The translations under genes were made by a program, and so were the position numbers. This document shows positions 23,540 to 36,400 of a DNA stretch of 64,000 nt, in pieces (position 1 is the first letter of the stretch; the number at the start of each line of letters is the position of its first letter). Under the pieces are notes generated by a model. That model had not been told where the DNA came from. It searched no databases and worked only from the letters and a program-made list of their open reading frames with translations. The DNA is from Phyllobates terribilis (Eukaryota), in the NCBI RefSeq assembly GCF_046119375.1, contig NW_027362767.1, forward strand, positions 15,562,001-15,626,000, given 5' to 3'.

Positions 23540-24003
23540 TGCAGAGCCAGCCTCCAAACCAAAGGCCAACATCTTCAGTCAAGTGCCTGAGTGCACTATT
23601 CCCCAGCCTTTCCAAATGATGCTGCGTGAAGCCGAGAAAAGGAAGATGCTCCAGCCTCAGGAGTGGGCAGATCTGCAGGACGTCCAGCCTCAGGAGTGGG
23701 CAGATCTGCAGGACGGGCAGAGTGGAGATGATGCCGAATGTTTGAAGCAGTTCCGCGCGCAGCCAGCACCTGCTCATGTCTTCTTACCTATGTACAAGGA
23801 GATAATGGAGCAGAATGAAAAGAGAAGGAAAATTGGTATCCAGAGAAGGAGCCATCATCTTCTGTCCATGCAAAAGCCATTCCAACTCCTGGTACACAAC
23901 AAGAGACGACAAGTGGCAAGTGCCTTCACTGCCAAGGTGCCAATCAGAAAGAGGCCCATCCCAAAATCTGTTTTAGACCCCACTGTCAGTGATGGACTCA
24001 GAG
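23540..24003 (+). CDS. FAM161B: FAM161B coding exon (FAM161/UPF0564 domain): ...TIPQPFQMMLREAEKRK...QFRAQPAPAHVFLPMYKEIMEQNEKRR...KPF...IPKSVLDP
   Basis: Strong similarity from memory to FAM161B motifs (TVPRPFRMTLREA; QFRAQPVPAHVYLPLYQEIME; IPKSILEP). Acceptor TTCTTCTAG|; donor AG|GTGAGT at 24004; 464 nt, phase 2 to phase 1. Confidence 0.95.
23650..23715 (+). repeat. Perfect 33-bp in-frame tandem duplication inside the FAM161B exon (QPQEWADLQD x2)
   Basis: TCCAGCCTCAGGAGTGGGCAGATCTGCAGGACG at 23650-23682 and 23683-23715. Confidence 0.95.
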
Positions 24004-24085
24004 GTGAGTAGTGCAGTAAGGACAGGACCAAGCTTAAGATTCTCAGATCAATATATTCCTGAATGGTTTGTTTTTCTCTTCACAG

Positions 24086-24420
24086 AGTCAAAAATTTTAC
24101 AAAAGATTAACAATCGTATACGAGCAAAGGAGCTGCTAGAGAAGTCGTCAGCCCCAGTCCCACTCACCCGAGACACCCGGGACCCACAATCCAGAGCTTC
24201 ATGGAGAACCAAGCAGCAGCACCTGGGCTTCTTACAGCAGAACCTGACGTTCAAGCCCCAGATAAACCCTTGTGCCCCTGACTTCCAGAGGCTGCATTAC
24301 AATTTCCAAAAAAGCTCTTTGAAAAATCAGAGAATGCGAGAAGAGACAGAGACAAAGCCTTTCAATCTGCGCACAGCCAGCCTCAGACCCCAGAGACCCA
24401 GCACGTCGCATGATGCCCAG
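24086..24420 (+). CDS. FAM161B: FAM161B coding exon: ESKILQKINNRIRAKELLEKSSAP...RTKQQHLGFLQQNLTFKPQINPCAPDFQRL...KPFNLRTASLRPQRPSTSHDAQ
   Basis: Matches FAM161B as recalled (RTQQEKLGFLHTNFRFQPRVNPVVPDYEGL; KPFLLRTANLR). Follows an 82-nt GT-AG intron (24004-24085, ending TTTTTCTCTTCACAG); donor CAG|GTAAGA at 24421; phase 1 to phase 0. Confidence 0.95.
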
Positions 24421-24491
24421 GTAAGAACAGACGGTCATTCTGCAACATGGCCTTCATACATAATGTGACTCATAGGAGACATCTAATGACC

Positions 24492-27400
24492 GGGGAGGTG
24501 AGGAATAGCGCTGCAGGATACTGATCCACATGAGATACACTGGAGGGGAGGACGAGCTCTGCAGAATACTGATCCACATGAGATAAATGGGAGGTGAGGA
24601 CGAGCGCTGCAGGATACTGATCCGCATGAGATACATGGGAGGTGAGGACGAGCTCTGCAGAATACTGATCCACATGAGATACATGGGAGGTGAGGATGAG
24701 CGCTGCAGGATACTGATCCACATGAGATACATGGGAGGTGAGGATGAGCGCTGCAGGATACTGATCCGCATGAGATACATGGGACGTGAGGACGAGCGCT
24801 GCAGAATACTGATCCACATGAGATATATGGGAGGTGAGGATGAGAGCTGCAGGATACTGATCCACATGAGATATATGGGAGGTGAGGACGAGCGCTGCAG
24901 GATACTGATCCACATGAGATACATGGGAGGTGAGGACGAGCGCTTCAGTATACTGATCCACATGAGATATATGGGAGGTGAGGACGAGCGCTGCAGGATT
25001 CTGATCCACATAAGATACACTGGAGGGGAGGACGAGCGCTGCAGGATACTGATCCACATGAGATACATGGGAGGTGAGGACGAGCGCTGCAGGATACTGA
25101 TCCACATGAGATACATGGGAGGTGAGGACGAGCGCTGCAGGATACTGATCCACATGAGATACTGGAGGGAAGGACGAGTACTGCAGGATACTGATCCACA
25201 TGAGCTATATGGGAGGGGAGGACGAACGCTGCAGAATACTGATCCACATGAGATACATGGGAGGTGAGGATGAGAGCTGCAGGATACTGATCCACATGAG
25301 ATACACTGGAGGGGAGGACGAGCGCTGCAGAATACTGATCCACATGAGATACATGGGAGGTGAGGATGAGAACTGCAGGATACTGATCCACATGAGATAC
25401 ACTGGAGGGGAGGACGAGCGCTGCAGGATACTGATCCACATGAGATACATGGGAGGTGAGGATGAGCGCTGCAGAATACTGATCCACATGAGATACACTG
25501 GAGGGGAGGACGAGTGCTGCAGGATACTGATCCACATGAGATATATGGGAGGGGAGGACGAGCGCTGCAGAATACTGATCCACATGAGATACATGGGAGG
25601 TGAGGACGAGCGCTGCAGGATACTGATCCACATGAGATACATGGGAGGTGAGGACGAGCGCAGCAGGATACTGATCCACATGAGATACACTGGAGGGGAG
25701 GACGAGTACTGCAGGATACTGATCCACATGAGCTATATGGGAGGGGAGGACGAACGCTGCAGAATACTGATCCACATGAGATACATGGGAGGTGAGGATG
25801 AGAGCTGCAGGATACTGATCCACATGAGATACACTGGAGGGGAGGACGAGCGCTGCAGAATACTGATCCACATGAGATACATGGGAGGTGAGGATGAGAG
25901 CTGCAGGATACTGATCCACATGAGATACACTGGAGGGGAGGACGAGCGCTGCAGGATACTGATCCACATGATATACACTGGAGGGGAGGACGAGCGCTGC
26001 AGGATACTGATCCACATGAGATACATGGGAGGTGAGGATGAGCGCTGCAGAATACTGATCCACATGAGATACATGGGAGGTGAGGACGAGCTCTGCAGAA
26101 TACTGATCCACATGAGATACATGGGAGGTGAGGACGAGCGCTGCAGGATACTGATCCGCATGAGATACATGGGAGGTGAGGACGAGCTCTGCAGAATACT
26201 GATCCACATGAGATACATGGGAGGTGAGGATGAGCGCTGCAGGATACTGATCCGCATGAGATACATGGGACGTGAGGACGAGCGCTGCAGAATACTGATC
26301 CACATGAGATATATGGGAGGTGAGGATGAGAGCTGCAGGATACTGATCCACATGAGATATATGGGAGGTGAGGACGAGCGCTGCAGGATACTGATCCACA
26401 TGAGATACATGGGAGGTGAGGACGAGCGCTTCAGTATACTGATCCACATGAGATATATGGGAGGTGAGGACGAGCGCTGCAGGATTCTGATCCACATGAG
26501 ATACACTGGAGGGGAGGACGAGCGCTGCAGGATACTGATCCACATGAGATACATGGGAGGTGAGGACGAGCGCTGCAGGATACTGATCCACATGAGATAC
26601 ATGGGAGGTGAGGACGAGCGCTGCAGGATACTGATCCACATGAGATACTGGAGGGAAGGACGAGTACTGCAGGATACTGATCCACATGAGCTATATGGGA
26701 GGGGAGGACGAACGCTGCAGAATACTGATCCACATGAGATACATGGGAGGTGAGGATGAGAGCTGCAGGATACTGATCCACATGAGATACATGGGAGGTG
26801 AGGACGAGCGCTGCAGGATACTGATCCACATGAGATACATGGGAGGGGAGGAGGAGCGCTGCAGGATACTGATCCACATGAGCTATATGGGAGGGGAGGA
26901 GGAGCGCTGCAGAATACTGATCCACATGAGATACATGGGAGGGGAGGACGAGCGCTGCAGGATACTGATCCACATGAGATACATGGGAGGGGAGGACGAG
27001 CGCTGCAGAATACTGATCCACATGAGATATATGAGAAGTGAGGACGAGCGCTGCAGAATACTGATCCACATGAGATACATGGGAGGGGAGGACGAGCACT
27101 GCAGGATACTGATCCACATGAGATACATGGGAGGGGAGGACGAGCGCTGCAGAATACTGATCCACATGAGATATATGAGAAGTGAGGACGAGCGCTGCAG
27201 AATACTGATCCACATGAGATACATGGGAGGTGAGGACGAGCGCGGCAGGATACTGATCCACATGAGATACATGGGAGGGTAGGATGAGCGCTGCAGAATA
27301 CTGATCCACATGAGATACATGGGAGGTGAGGATGAGCGCTGCAGGATACTGATCCACATGAGATACACTGGAGGGGAGGACGAGTTCTGCAGGATACTGA

Positions 27401-30400
27401 TCCACATGAGCTATATGAGAGGGGAGGATGAGCACTGCAGAATACTGATCCATATGCGAGACATGGGAGGTGAGGATGAACGCTGCAGGGTACTGATCCA
27501 CATGAGATACATGGTAGGGGAGGACGAGCGCTGCAGAATACTGATCCACATGAGATACATGGGAGGGGAGGACGAGCGCTGCAGGATACTTATCCACATG
27601 AGATACACTGGAGGGGAGGACGAGTGCTGCAGGATCCTGATACACATGAGCTATATGGGAGGGGAGGACGAGCGCTGCAGAATACTGATCCACATGAGAT
27701 ACATGGGAGGTGAGGACGAGCGCTGCAGGATACTGATCCACATGAGATACATGGGAGGTGAGGAAGAGCGCTGCAGGATACTGATCCACATGAGATACAT
27801 TGGAGGGGATGACGAGCGCTGCAGGATACTGATCCACATGATCTATATGGGAGGGGAGGAGGAGCGCTGCAGAATACTGATCCACATGAGATACATGGGA
27901 GGGGAGGACGAGCGCTGCAGGATACTGATCCACATGAGATACATGGGAGGGGAGGACGAGCGCTGCAGAATACTGATCCACATGAGATATATGAGAAGTG
28001 AGGACGAGCGCTGCAGAATACTGATCCACATGAGATACATGAGAGGGGAGGACGAACGCTGCAGAATACTGATCCACATGAGATACATGGGAGGTGAGGA
28101 TGAGAGTTGCAGGATACTGATCCACATGAGATACACTGGAGGGGAGGACGAGCGCTGCAGAATACTGATCCACATGAGATACATGGGAGGTGAGGATGAG
28201 AGCTGCAGGATACTGATCCACATGAGATACACTGGAGGGGAGGACGAGCGCTGCAGGATACTGATCCACATGAGATACATGGGAGGTGAGGATGAGCGCT
28301 GCAGAATACTGATCCACATGAGATACACTGGAGGGGAGGACGAGTGCTGCAGGATACTGATCCACATGAGATATATGGGAGGGGAGGACGAGCGCTGCAG
28401 AATACTGATCCACATGAGATACATGGGAGGTGAGGACGAGCGCTGCAGGATACTGATCCACATGAGATACATGGGAGGTGAGGACGAGCGCAGCAGGATA
28501 CTGATCCACATGAGATACACTGGAGGGGAGGACGAGTACTGCAGGATACTGATCCACATGAGCTATATGGGAGGGGAGGACGAACGCTGCAGAATACTGA
28601 TCCACATGAGATACATGGGAGGTGAGGATGAGAGCTGCAGGATACTGATCCACATGAGATACACTGGAGGGGAGGACGAGCGCTGCAGAATACTGATCCA
28701 CATGAGATACATGGGAGGTGAGGATGAGAGCTGCAGGATACTGATCCACATGAGATACACTGGAGGGGAGGATGAGCGCTGCAGGATACTGATCCACATG
28801 ATATACACTGGAGGGGAGGACGAGCGCTGCAGGATACTGATCCACATGAGATACATGGGAGGTGAGGATGAGCGCTGCAGAATACTGATCCACATGAGAT
28901 ACATGGGAGGTGAGGACGAGCTCTGCAGAATACTGATCCACATGAGATACATGGGAGGTGAGGACGAGCGCTGCAGGATACTGATCCGCATGAGATACAT
29001 GGGAGGTGAGGACGAGCTCTGCAGAATACTGATCCACATGAGATACATGGGAGGTGAGGATGAGCGCTGCAGGATACTGATCCACATGAGATACATGGGA
29101 GGTGAGGATGAGCGCTGCAGGATACTGATCCGCATGAGATACATGGGACGTGAGGACGAGCGCTGCAGAATACTGATCCACATGAGATATATGGGAGGTG
29201 ATGATGAGAGCTGCAGGATACTGATCCACGTGAGATATATGGGAGGTGAGGACGAGCGCTGCAGGATACTGATCCACATGAGATACATGGGAGGTGAGGA
29301 CGAGCGCTTCAGTATACTGATCCACATGAGATTTATGGGAGGTGAGGACGAGCGCTGCAGGATTCTGATCCACATGAGATACACTGGAGGGGAGGACGAG
29401 CGCTGCAGGATACTGATCCACATGAGATACATGGGAGGTGAGGACGAGCGCTGCAGGATACTGATCCACATGAGATACATGGGAGGTGAGGACGAGCGCT
29501 GCAGGATACTGATCCACATGAGATACTGGAGGGAAGGACGAGTACTGCAGGATACTGATCCACATGAGCTATATGGGAGGGGAGGACGAACGCTGCAGAA
29601 TACTGATCCACATGAGATACATGGGAGGTGAGGATGAGAGCTGCAGGATACTGATCCACATGAGATACATGGGAGGTGAGGACGAGCGCTGCAGGATACT
29701 GATCCACATGAGATACATGGGAGGGGAGGAGGAGCGCTGCAGGATACTGATCCACATGAGCTATATGGGAGGGGAGGAGGAGCGCTGCAGAATACTGATC
29801 CACATGAGATACATGGGAGGGGAGGACGAGCGCTGCAGGATACTGATCCACATGAGATACATGGGAGGGGAGGACGAGCGCTGCAGAATACTGATCCACA
29901 TGAGATATATGAGAAGTGAGGACGAGCGCTGCAGAATACTGATCCACATGAGATACATGGGAGGGGAGGACGAGCACTGCAGGATACTGATCCACATGAG
30001 ATACATGGGAGGGGAGGACGAGCGCTGCAGAATACTGATCCACATGAGATATATGAGAAGTGAGGACGAGCGCTGCAGAATACTGATCCACATGAGATAC
30101 ATGGGAGGTGAGGACGAGCACGGCAGGATACTGATCCACATGAGATACATGGGAGGGTAGGATGAGCGCTGCAGAATACTGATCCACATGAGATACATGG
30201 GAGGTGAGGATGAGCGCTGCAGGATACTGATCCACATGAGATACACTGGAGGGGAGGACGAGTTCTGCAGGATACTGATCCACATGAGCTATATGAAAGG
30301 GGAGGATGAGCACTGCAGAATACTGATCCATATGCGAGACATGGGAGGTGAGGATGAACGCTGCAGGGTACTGATCCACATGAGATACATGGTAGGGGAG

Positions 30401-33400
30401 GACGAGCGCTGCAGAATACTGATCCACATGAGATACATGGGAGGGGAGGACGAGCGCTGCAGGATACTTATCCACATGAGATACACTGGAGGGGAGGACG
30501 AGCGCTGCAGGATACTGATCCACATGAGATATATGGGAGGTGAGGATGAGCGCTGCAGAATACTGATCCACATGAGATACATGGGAGGTGAGGACGAGCG
30601 CTGCAGGATACTGATCCACATGAGATACACTGGAGGGGAGGACGAGTGCTGCAGGATCCTGATACACATGAGCTATATGGGAGGGGAGGACGAGCGCTGC
30701 AGAATACTGATCCACATGAGATACATGGGAGGTGAGGACGAGCGCTGCAGGATACTGATCCACATGAGATACATGGGAGGTGAGGAAGAGCGCTGCAGGA
30801 TACTGATCCACATGAGATACATGGGAGGGGATGACGAGCGCTGCAGGATACTGATCCACATGATCTATATGGGAGGGGAGGAGGAGCGCTGCAGAATACT
30901 GATCCACATGAGATACATGGGAGGGGAGGACGAGCGCTGCAGGATACTGATCCACATGAGATACATGGGAGGGGAGGACGAGCGCTGCAGAATACTGATC
31001 CACATGAGATATATGAGAAGTGAGGACGAGCGCTGCAGAATACTGATCCACATGAGATACATGAGAGGGGAGGATGAGCGCTGCATAATACTGATCCACA
31101 TGAGATACATGGGAGGTGAGGACGAGCGCGGCAGGATACTGATCCACATGAGATACATGGGAGGGTAGGATGAGCGCTGCAGAATACTGATCCACATGAG
31201 ATACATGGGAGGGGAGGACGAGCGCTGCAGGATACTGATCCACATGAGATACATGGGAGGGGAGGACGAGCGCTGCAGAATACTGATCCACATGAGATAT
31301 ATGAGAAGTGAGGACGAGCGCTGCAGAATACTGATCCACATGAGATACATGAGAGGGGAGGACGAACGCTGCAGAATACTGATCCACATGAGATACATGG
31401 GAGGTGAGGATGAGAGTTGCAGGATACTGATCCACATGAGATAAATGGGAGGGGAGGACGAGCGCTGCAGAATACTGATCCACATGAGATACATGGGAGG
31501 TGAGGATGAGAGCTGCAGGATACTGATCCACATGAGATACACTGGAGGGGAGGACGAGCGCTGCAGAATACTGATCCACATGAGATACATGGGAGGTGAG
31601 GACGAGCGCTGCAGGATACTGATCCACATGAGATACATGGGAGGTGAGGACGAGCGCAGCAGGATACTGATCCACATGAGATACACTGGAGGGGAGGACG
31701 AGTACTGCAGGATACTGATCCACATGAGCTATATGGGAGGGGAGGACGAACGCTGCAGAATACTGATCCACATGAGATACATGGGAGGTGAGGATGAGAG
31801 CTGCAGGATACTGATCCACATGAGATACACTGGAGGGGAGGACGAGCGCTGCAGAATACTGATCCACATGAGATACATGGGAGGTGAGGATGAGAGCTGC
31901 AGGATACTGATCCACATGAGATACACTGGAGGGGAGGACGAGCGCTGCAGGATACTGATCCACATGATATACACTGGAGGGGAGGACGAGCGCTGCAGGA
32001 TACTGATCCACATGAGATACATGGGAGGTGAGGATGAGCGCTGCAGAATACTGATCCACATGAGATACATGGGAGGTGAGGACGAGCTCTGCAGAATACT
32101 GATCCACATGAGATACATGGGAGGTGAGGACGAGCGCTGCAGGATACTGATCCGCATGAGATACATGGGAGGTGAAGACGAGCTCTGCAGAATACTGATC
32201 CACATGAGATACATGGGAGGTGAGGATGAGCGCTGCAGGATACTGATCCACATGAGATACATGGGAGGTGAGGATGAGCGCTGCAGGATACTGATCCGCA
32301 TGAGATACATGGGACGTGAGGACGAGCGCTGCAGAATACTGATCCACATGAGATATATGGGAGGTGATGATGAGAGCTGCAGGATACTGATCCACATGAG
32401 ATATATGGGAGGTGAGGACGAGCGCTGCAGGATACTGATCCACATGAGATACATGGGAGGTGAGGACGAGCGCTTCAGTATACTGATCCACATGAGATAT
32501 ATGAGAGGTGAGGACGAGCGCTGCAGGATTCTGATCCACATGAGATACACTGGAGGGGAGGACGAGCGCTGCAGGATACTGATCCACATGAGATACATGG
32601 GAGGTGAGGACGAGCGCTGCAGGATACTGATCCACATGAGATACATGGGAGGTGAGGACGAGCGCTGCAGGATACTGATCCACATGAGATACTGGAGGGA
32701 AGGACGAGTACTGCAGGATACTGATCCACATGAGCTATATGGGAGGGGAGGACGAACGCTGCAGAATACTGATCCACATGAGATACATGGGAGGTGAGGA
32801 TGAGAGCTGCAGGATACTGATCCACATGAGATACATGGGAGGTGAGGACGAGCGCTGCAGGATACTGATCCACATGAGATACATGGGAGGGGAGGAGGAG
32901 CGCTGCAGGATACTGATCCACATGAGCTATATGGGAGGGGAGGAGGAGCGCTGCAGAATAATGATCCACATGAGATACATGGGAGGGGAGGACGAGCGCT
33001 GCAGGATACTGATCCACATGAGATACATGGGAGGGGAGGACGAGCGCTGCAGAATACTGATCCACATGAGATATATGAGAAGTGAGGACGAGCGCTGCAG
33101 AATACTGATCCACATGAGATACATGGGAGGGGAGGACGAGCACTGCAGGATACTGATCCACATGAGATACATGGGAGGGGAGGACGAGCGCTGCAGAATA
33201 CTAATCCACATGAGATATATGAGAAGTGAGGACGAGCGCTGCAGAATACTGATCCACATGAGATACATGGGAGGTGAGGACGAGCGCGGCAGGATACTGA
33301 TCCACATGAGATACATGGGAGGGTAGGATGAGCGCTGCAGAATACTGATCCACATGAGATACATGGGAGGTGAGGATGAGCGCTGCAGGATACTGATCCA

Positions 33401-36400
33401 CATGAGATACACTGGAGGGGAGGACGAGTTCTGCAGGATACTGATCCACATGAGCTATATGAGAGGGGAGGATGAGCACTGCAGAATACTGAGCCATATG
33501 GGAGGTGAGGATGAACGCTGCAGGGTACTGATCCACATGAGATACATGGTAGGGGAGGACGAGCGCTGCAGAATACTGATCCACATGAGATACATGGGAG
33601 GGGAGGACGAGCGCTGCAGGATACTTATCCACATGAGATACACTGGAGGGGAGGACGAGCGCTGCAGGATACTGATCCACATGAGATATATGGGAGGTGA
33701 GGATGAGCGCTGCAGAATACTGATCCACATGAGATACATGGGAGGTGAGGACGAGCACTGCAGGATACTGATCCACATGAGATACACTGGAGGGGAGGAC
33801 GAGTGCTGCAGGATCCTGATACACATGAGCTATATGGGAGGGGAGGACGAGCGCTGCAGAATACTGATCCACATGAGATACATGGGAGGTGAGGACGAGC
33901 GCTGCAGGATACTGATCCACATGAGATACATGGGAGGTGAGGAAGAGCGCTGCAGGATACTGATCCACATGAGATACATGGGAGGGGAGGACGAGCGCTG
34001 CAGGATACTGATCCACATGAGATACATGGGAGGGGAGGACGAGCGCTGCAGAATACTGATCCACATGAGATATATGAGAAGTGAGGACGAGCGCTGCAGA
34101 ATACTGATCCACATGAGATACATGAGAGGGGAGGACGAACGCTGCAGAATACTGATCCACATGAGATACATGGGAGGTGAGGACGAGCGCGGCAGGATAC
34201 TGATCCACATGAGATACATGGGAGGGTAGGATGAGCGCTGCAGAATACTGATCCACATGAGATACATGGGAGGGGAGGACGAGCGCTGCAGGATACTGAT
34301 CCACATGAGATACATGGGAGGGGAGGACGAGCGCTGCAGAATACTGATCCACATGAGATATATGAGAAGTGAGGACGAGCGCTGCAGAATACTGATCCAC
34401 ATGAGATACATGAGAGGGGAGGACGAACGCTGCAGAATACTGATCCACATGAGATACATGGGAGGTGAGGATGAGAGTTGCAGGATACTGATCCACATGA
34501 GATACATGGGAGGGGAGGACGAGCGCTGCAGAATACTGATCCACATGAGATACATGGGAGGTGAGGATGAGAGCTGCAGGATACTGATCCACATGAGATA
34601 CACTGGAGGGGAGGACGAGCGCTGCAGAATACTGATCCACATGAGATACATGGGAGGTGAGGACGAGCGCTGCAGGATACTGATCCACATGAGATACATG
34701 GGAGGTGAGGACGAGCGCAGCAGGATACTGATCCACATGAGATACACTGGAGGGGAGGACGAGTACTGCAGGATACTGATCCACATGAGCTATATGGGAG
34801 GGGAGGACGAACGCTGCAGAATACTGATCCACATGAGATACATGGGAGGTGAGGATGAGAGCTGCAGGATACTGATCCACATGAGATACACTGGAGGGGA
34901 GGACGAGCGCTGCAGAATACTGATCCACATGAGATACATGGGAGGTGAGGATGAGAGCTGCAGGATACTGATCCACATGAGATACACTGGAGGGGAGGAC
35001 GAGCGCTGCAGGATACTGATCCACATGATATACACTGGAGGGGAGGACGAGCGCTGCAGGATACTGATCCACATGAGATACATGGGAGGTGAGGATGAGC
35101 GCTGCAGAATACTGATCCACATGAGATACATGGGAGGTGAGGACGAGCTCTGCAGAATACTGATCCACATGAGATACATGGGAGGTGAGGACGAGCGCTG
35201 CAGGATACTGATCCGCATGAGATACATGGGAGGTGAGGACGAGCTCTGCAGAATACTGATCCACATGAGATACATGGGAGGTGAGGATGAGCGCTGCAGG
35301 ATACTGATCCACATGAGATACATGGGAGGTGAGGATGAGCGCTGCAGGATACTGATCCGCATGAGATACATGGGACGTGAGGACGAGCGCTGCAGAATAC
35401 TGATCCACATGAGATATATGGGAGGTGATGATGAGAGCTGCAGGATACTGATCCACATGAGATATATGGGAGGTGAGGACGAGCGCTGCAGGATACTGAT
35501 CCACATGAGATACATGGGAGGTGAGGACGAGCGCTTCAGTATACTGATCCACATGAGATATATGAGAGGTGAGGACGAGCGCTGCAGGATTCTGATCCAC
35601 ATGAGATACACTGGAGGGGAGGACGAGCGCTGCAGGATACTGATCCACATGAGATACATGGGAGGTGAGGACGAGCGCTGCAGGATACTGATCCACATGA
35701 GATACATGGGAGGTGAGGACGAGCGCTGCAGGATACTGATCCACATGAGATACTGGAGGGAAGGACGAGTACTGCAGGATACTGATCCACATGAGCTATA
35801 TGGGAGGGGAGGACGAACGCTGCAGAATACTGATCCACATGAGATACATGGGAGGTGAGGATGAGAGCTGCAGGATACTGATCCACATGAGATACATGGG
35901 AGGTGAGGACGAGCGCTGCAGGATACTGATCCACATGAGATACATGGGAGGGGAGGAGGAGCGCTGCAGGATACTGATCCACATGAGCTATATGGGAGGG
36001 GAGGAGGAGCGCTGCAGAATAATGATCCACATGAGATACATGGGAGGGGAGGACGAGCGCTGCAGGATACTGATCCACATGAGATACATGGGAGGGGAGG
36101 ACGAGCGCTGCAGAATACTGATCCACATGAGATATATGAGAAGTGAGGACGAGCGCTGCAGAATACTGATCCACATGAGATACATGGGAGGGGAGGACGA
36201 GCACTGCAGGATACTGATCCACATGAGATACATGGGAGGGGAGGACGAGCGCTGCAGAATACTGATCCACATGAGATATATGAGAAGTGAGGACGAGCGC
36301 TGCAGAATACTGATCCACATGAGATACATGGGAGGTGAGGACGAGCGCGGCAGGATACTGATCCACATGAGATACATGGGAGGGTAGGATGAGCGCTGCA

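Noticed and set aside
24421-24600. Possible read-through of FAM161B into the satellite, giving a repeat-tailed protein
   Set aside because: Intron retention meets TGA at 24466-24468, before the array starts.
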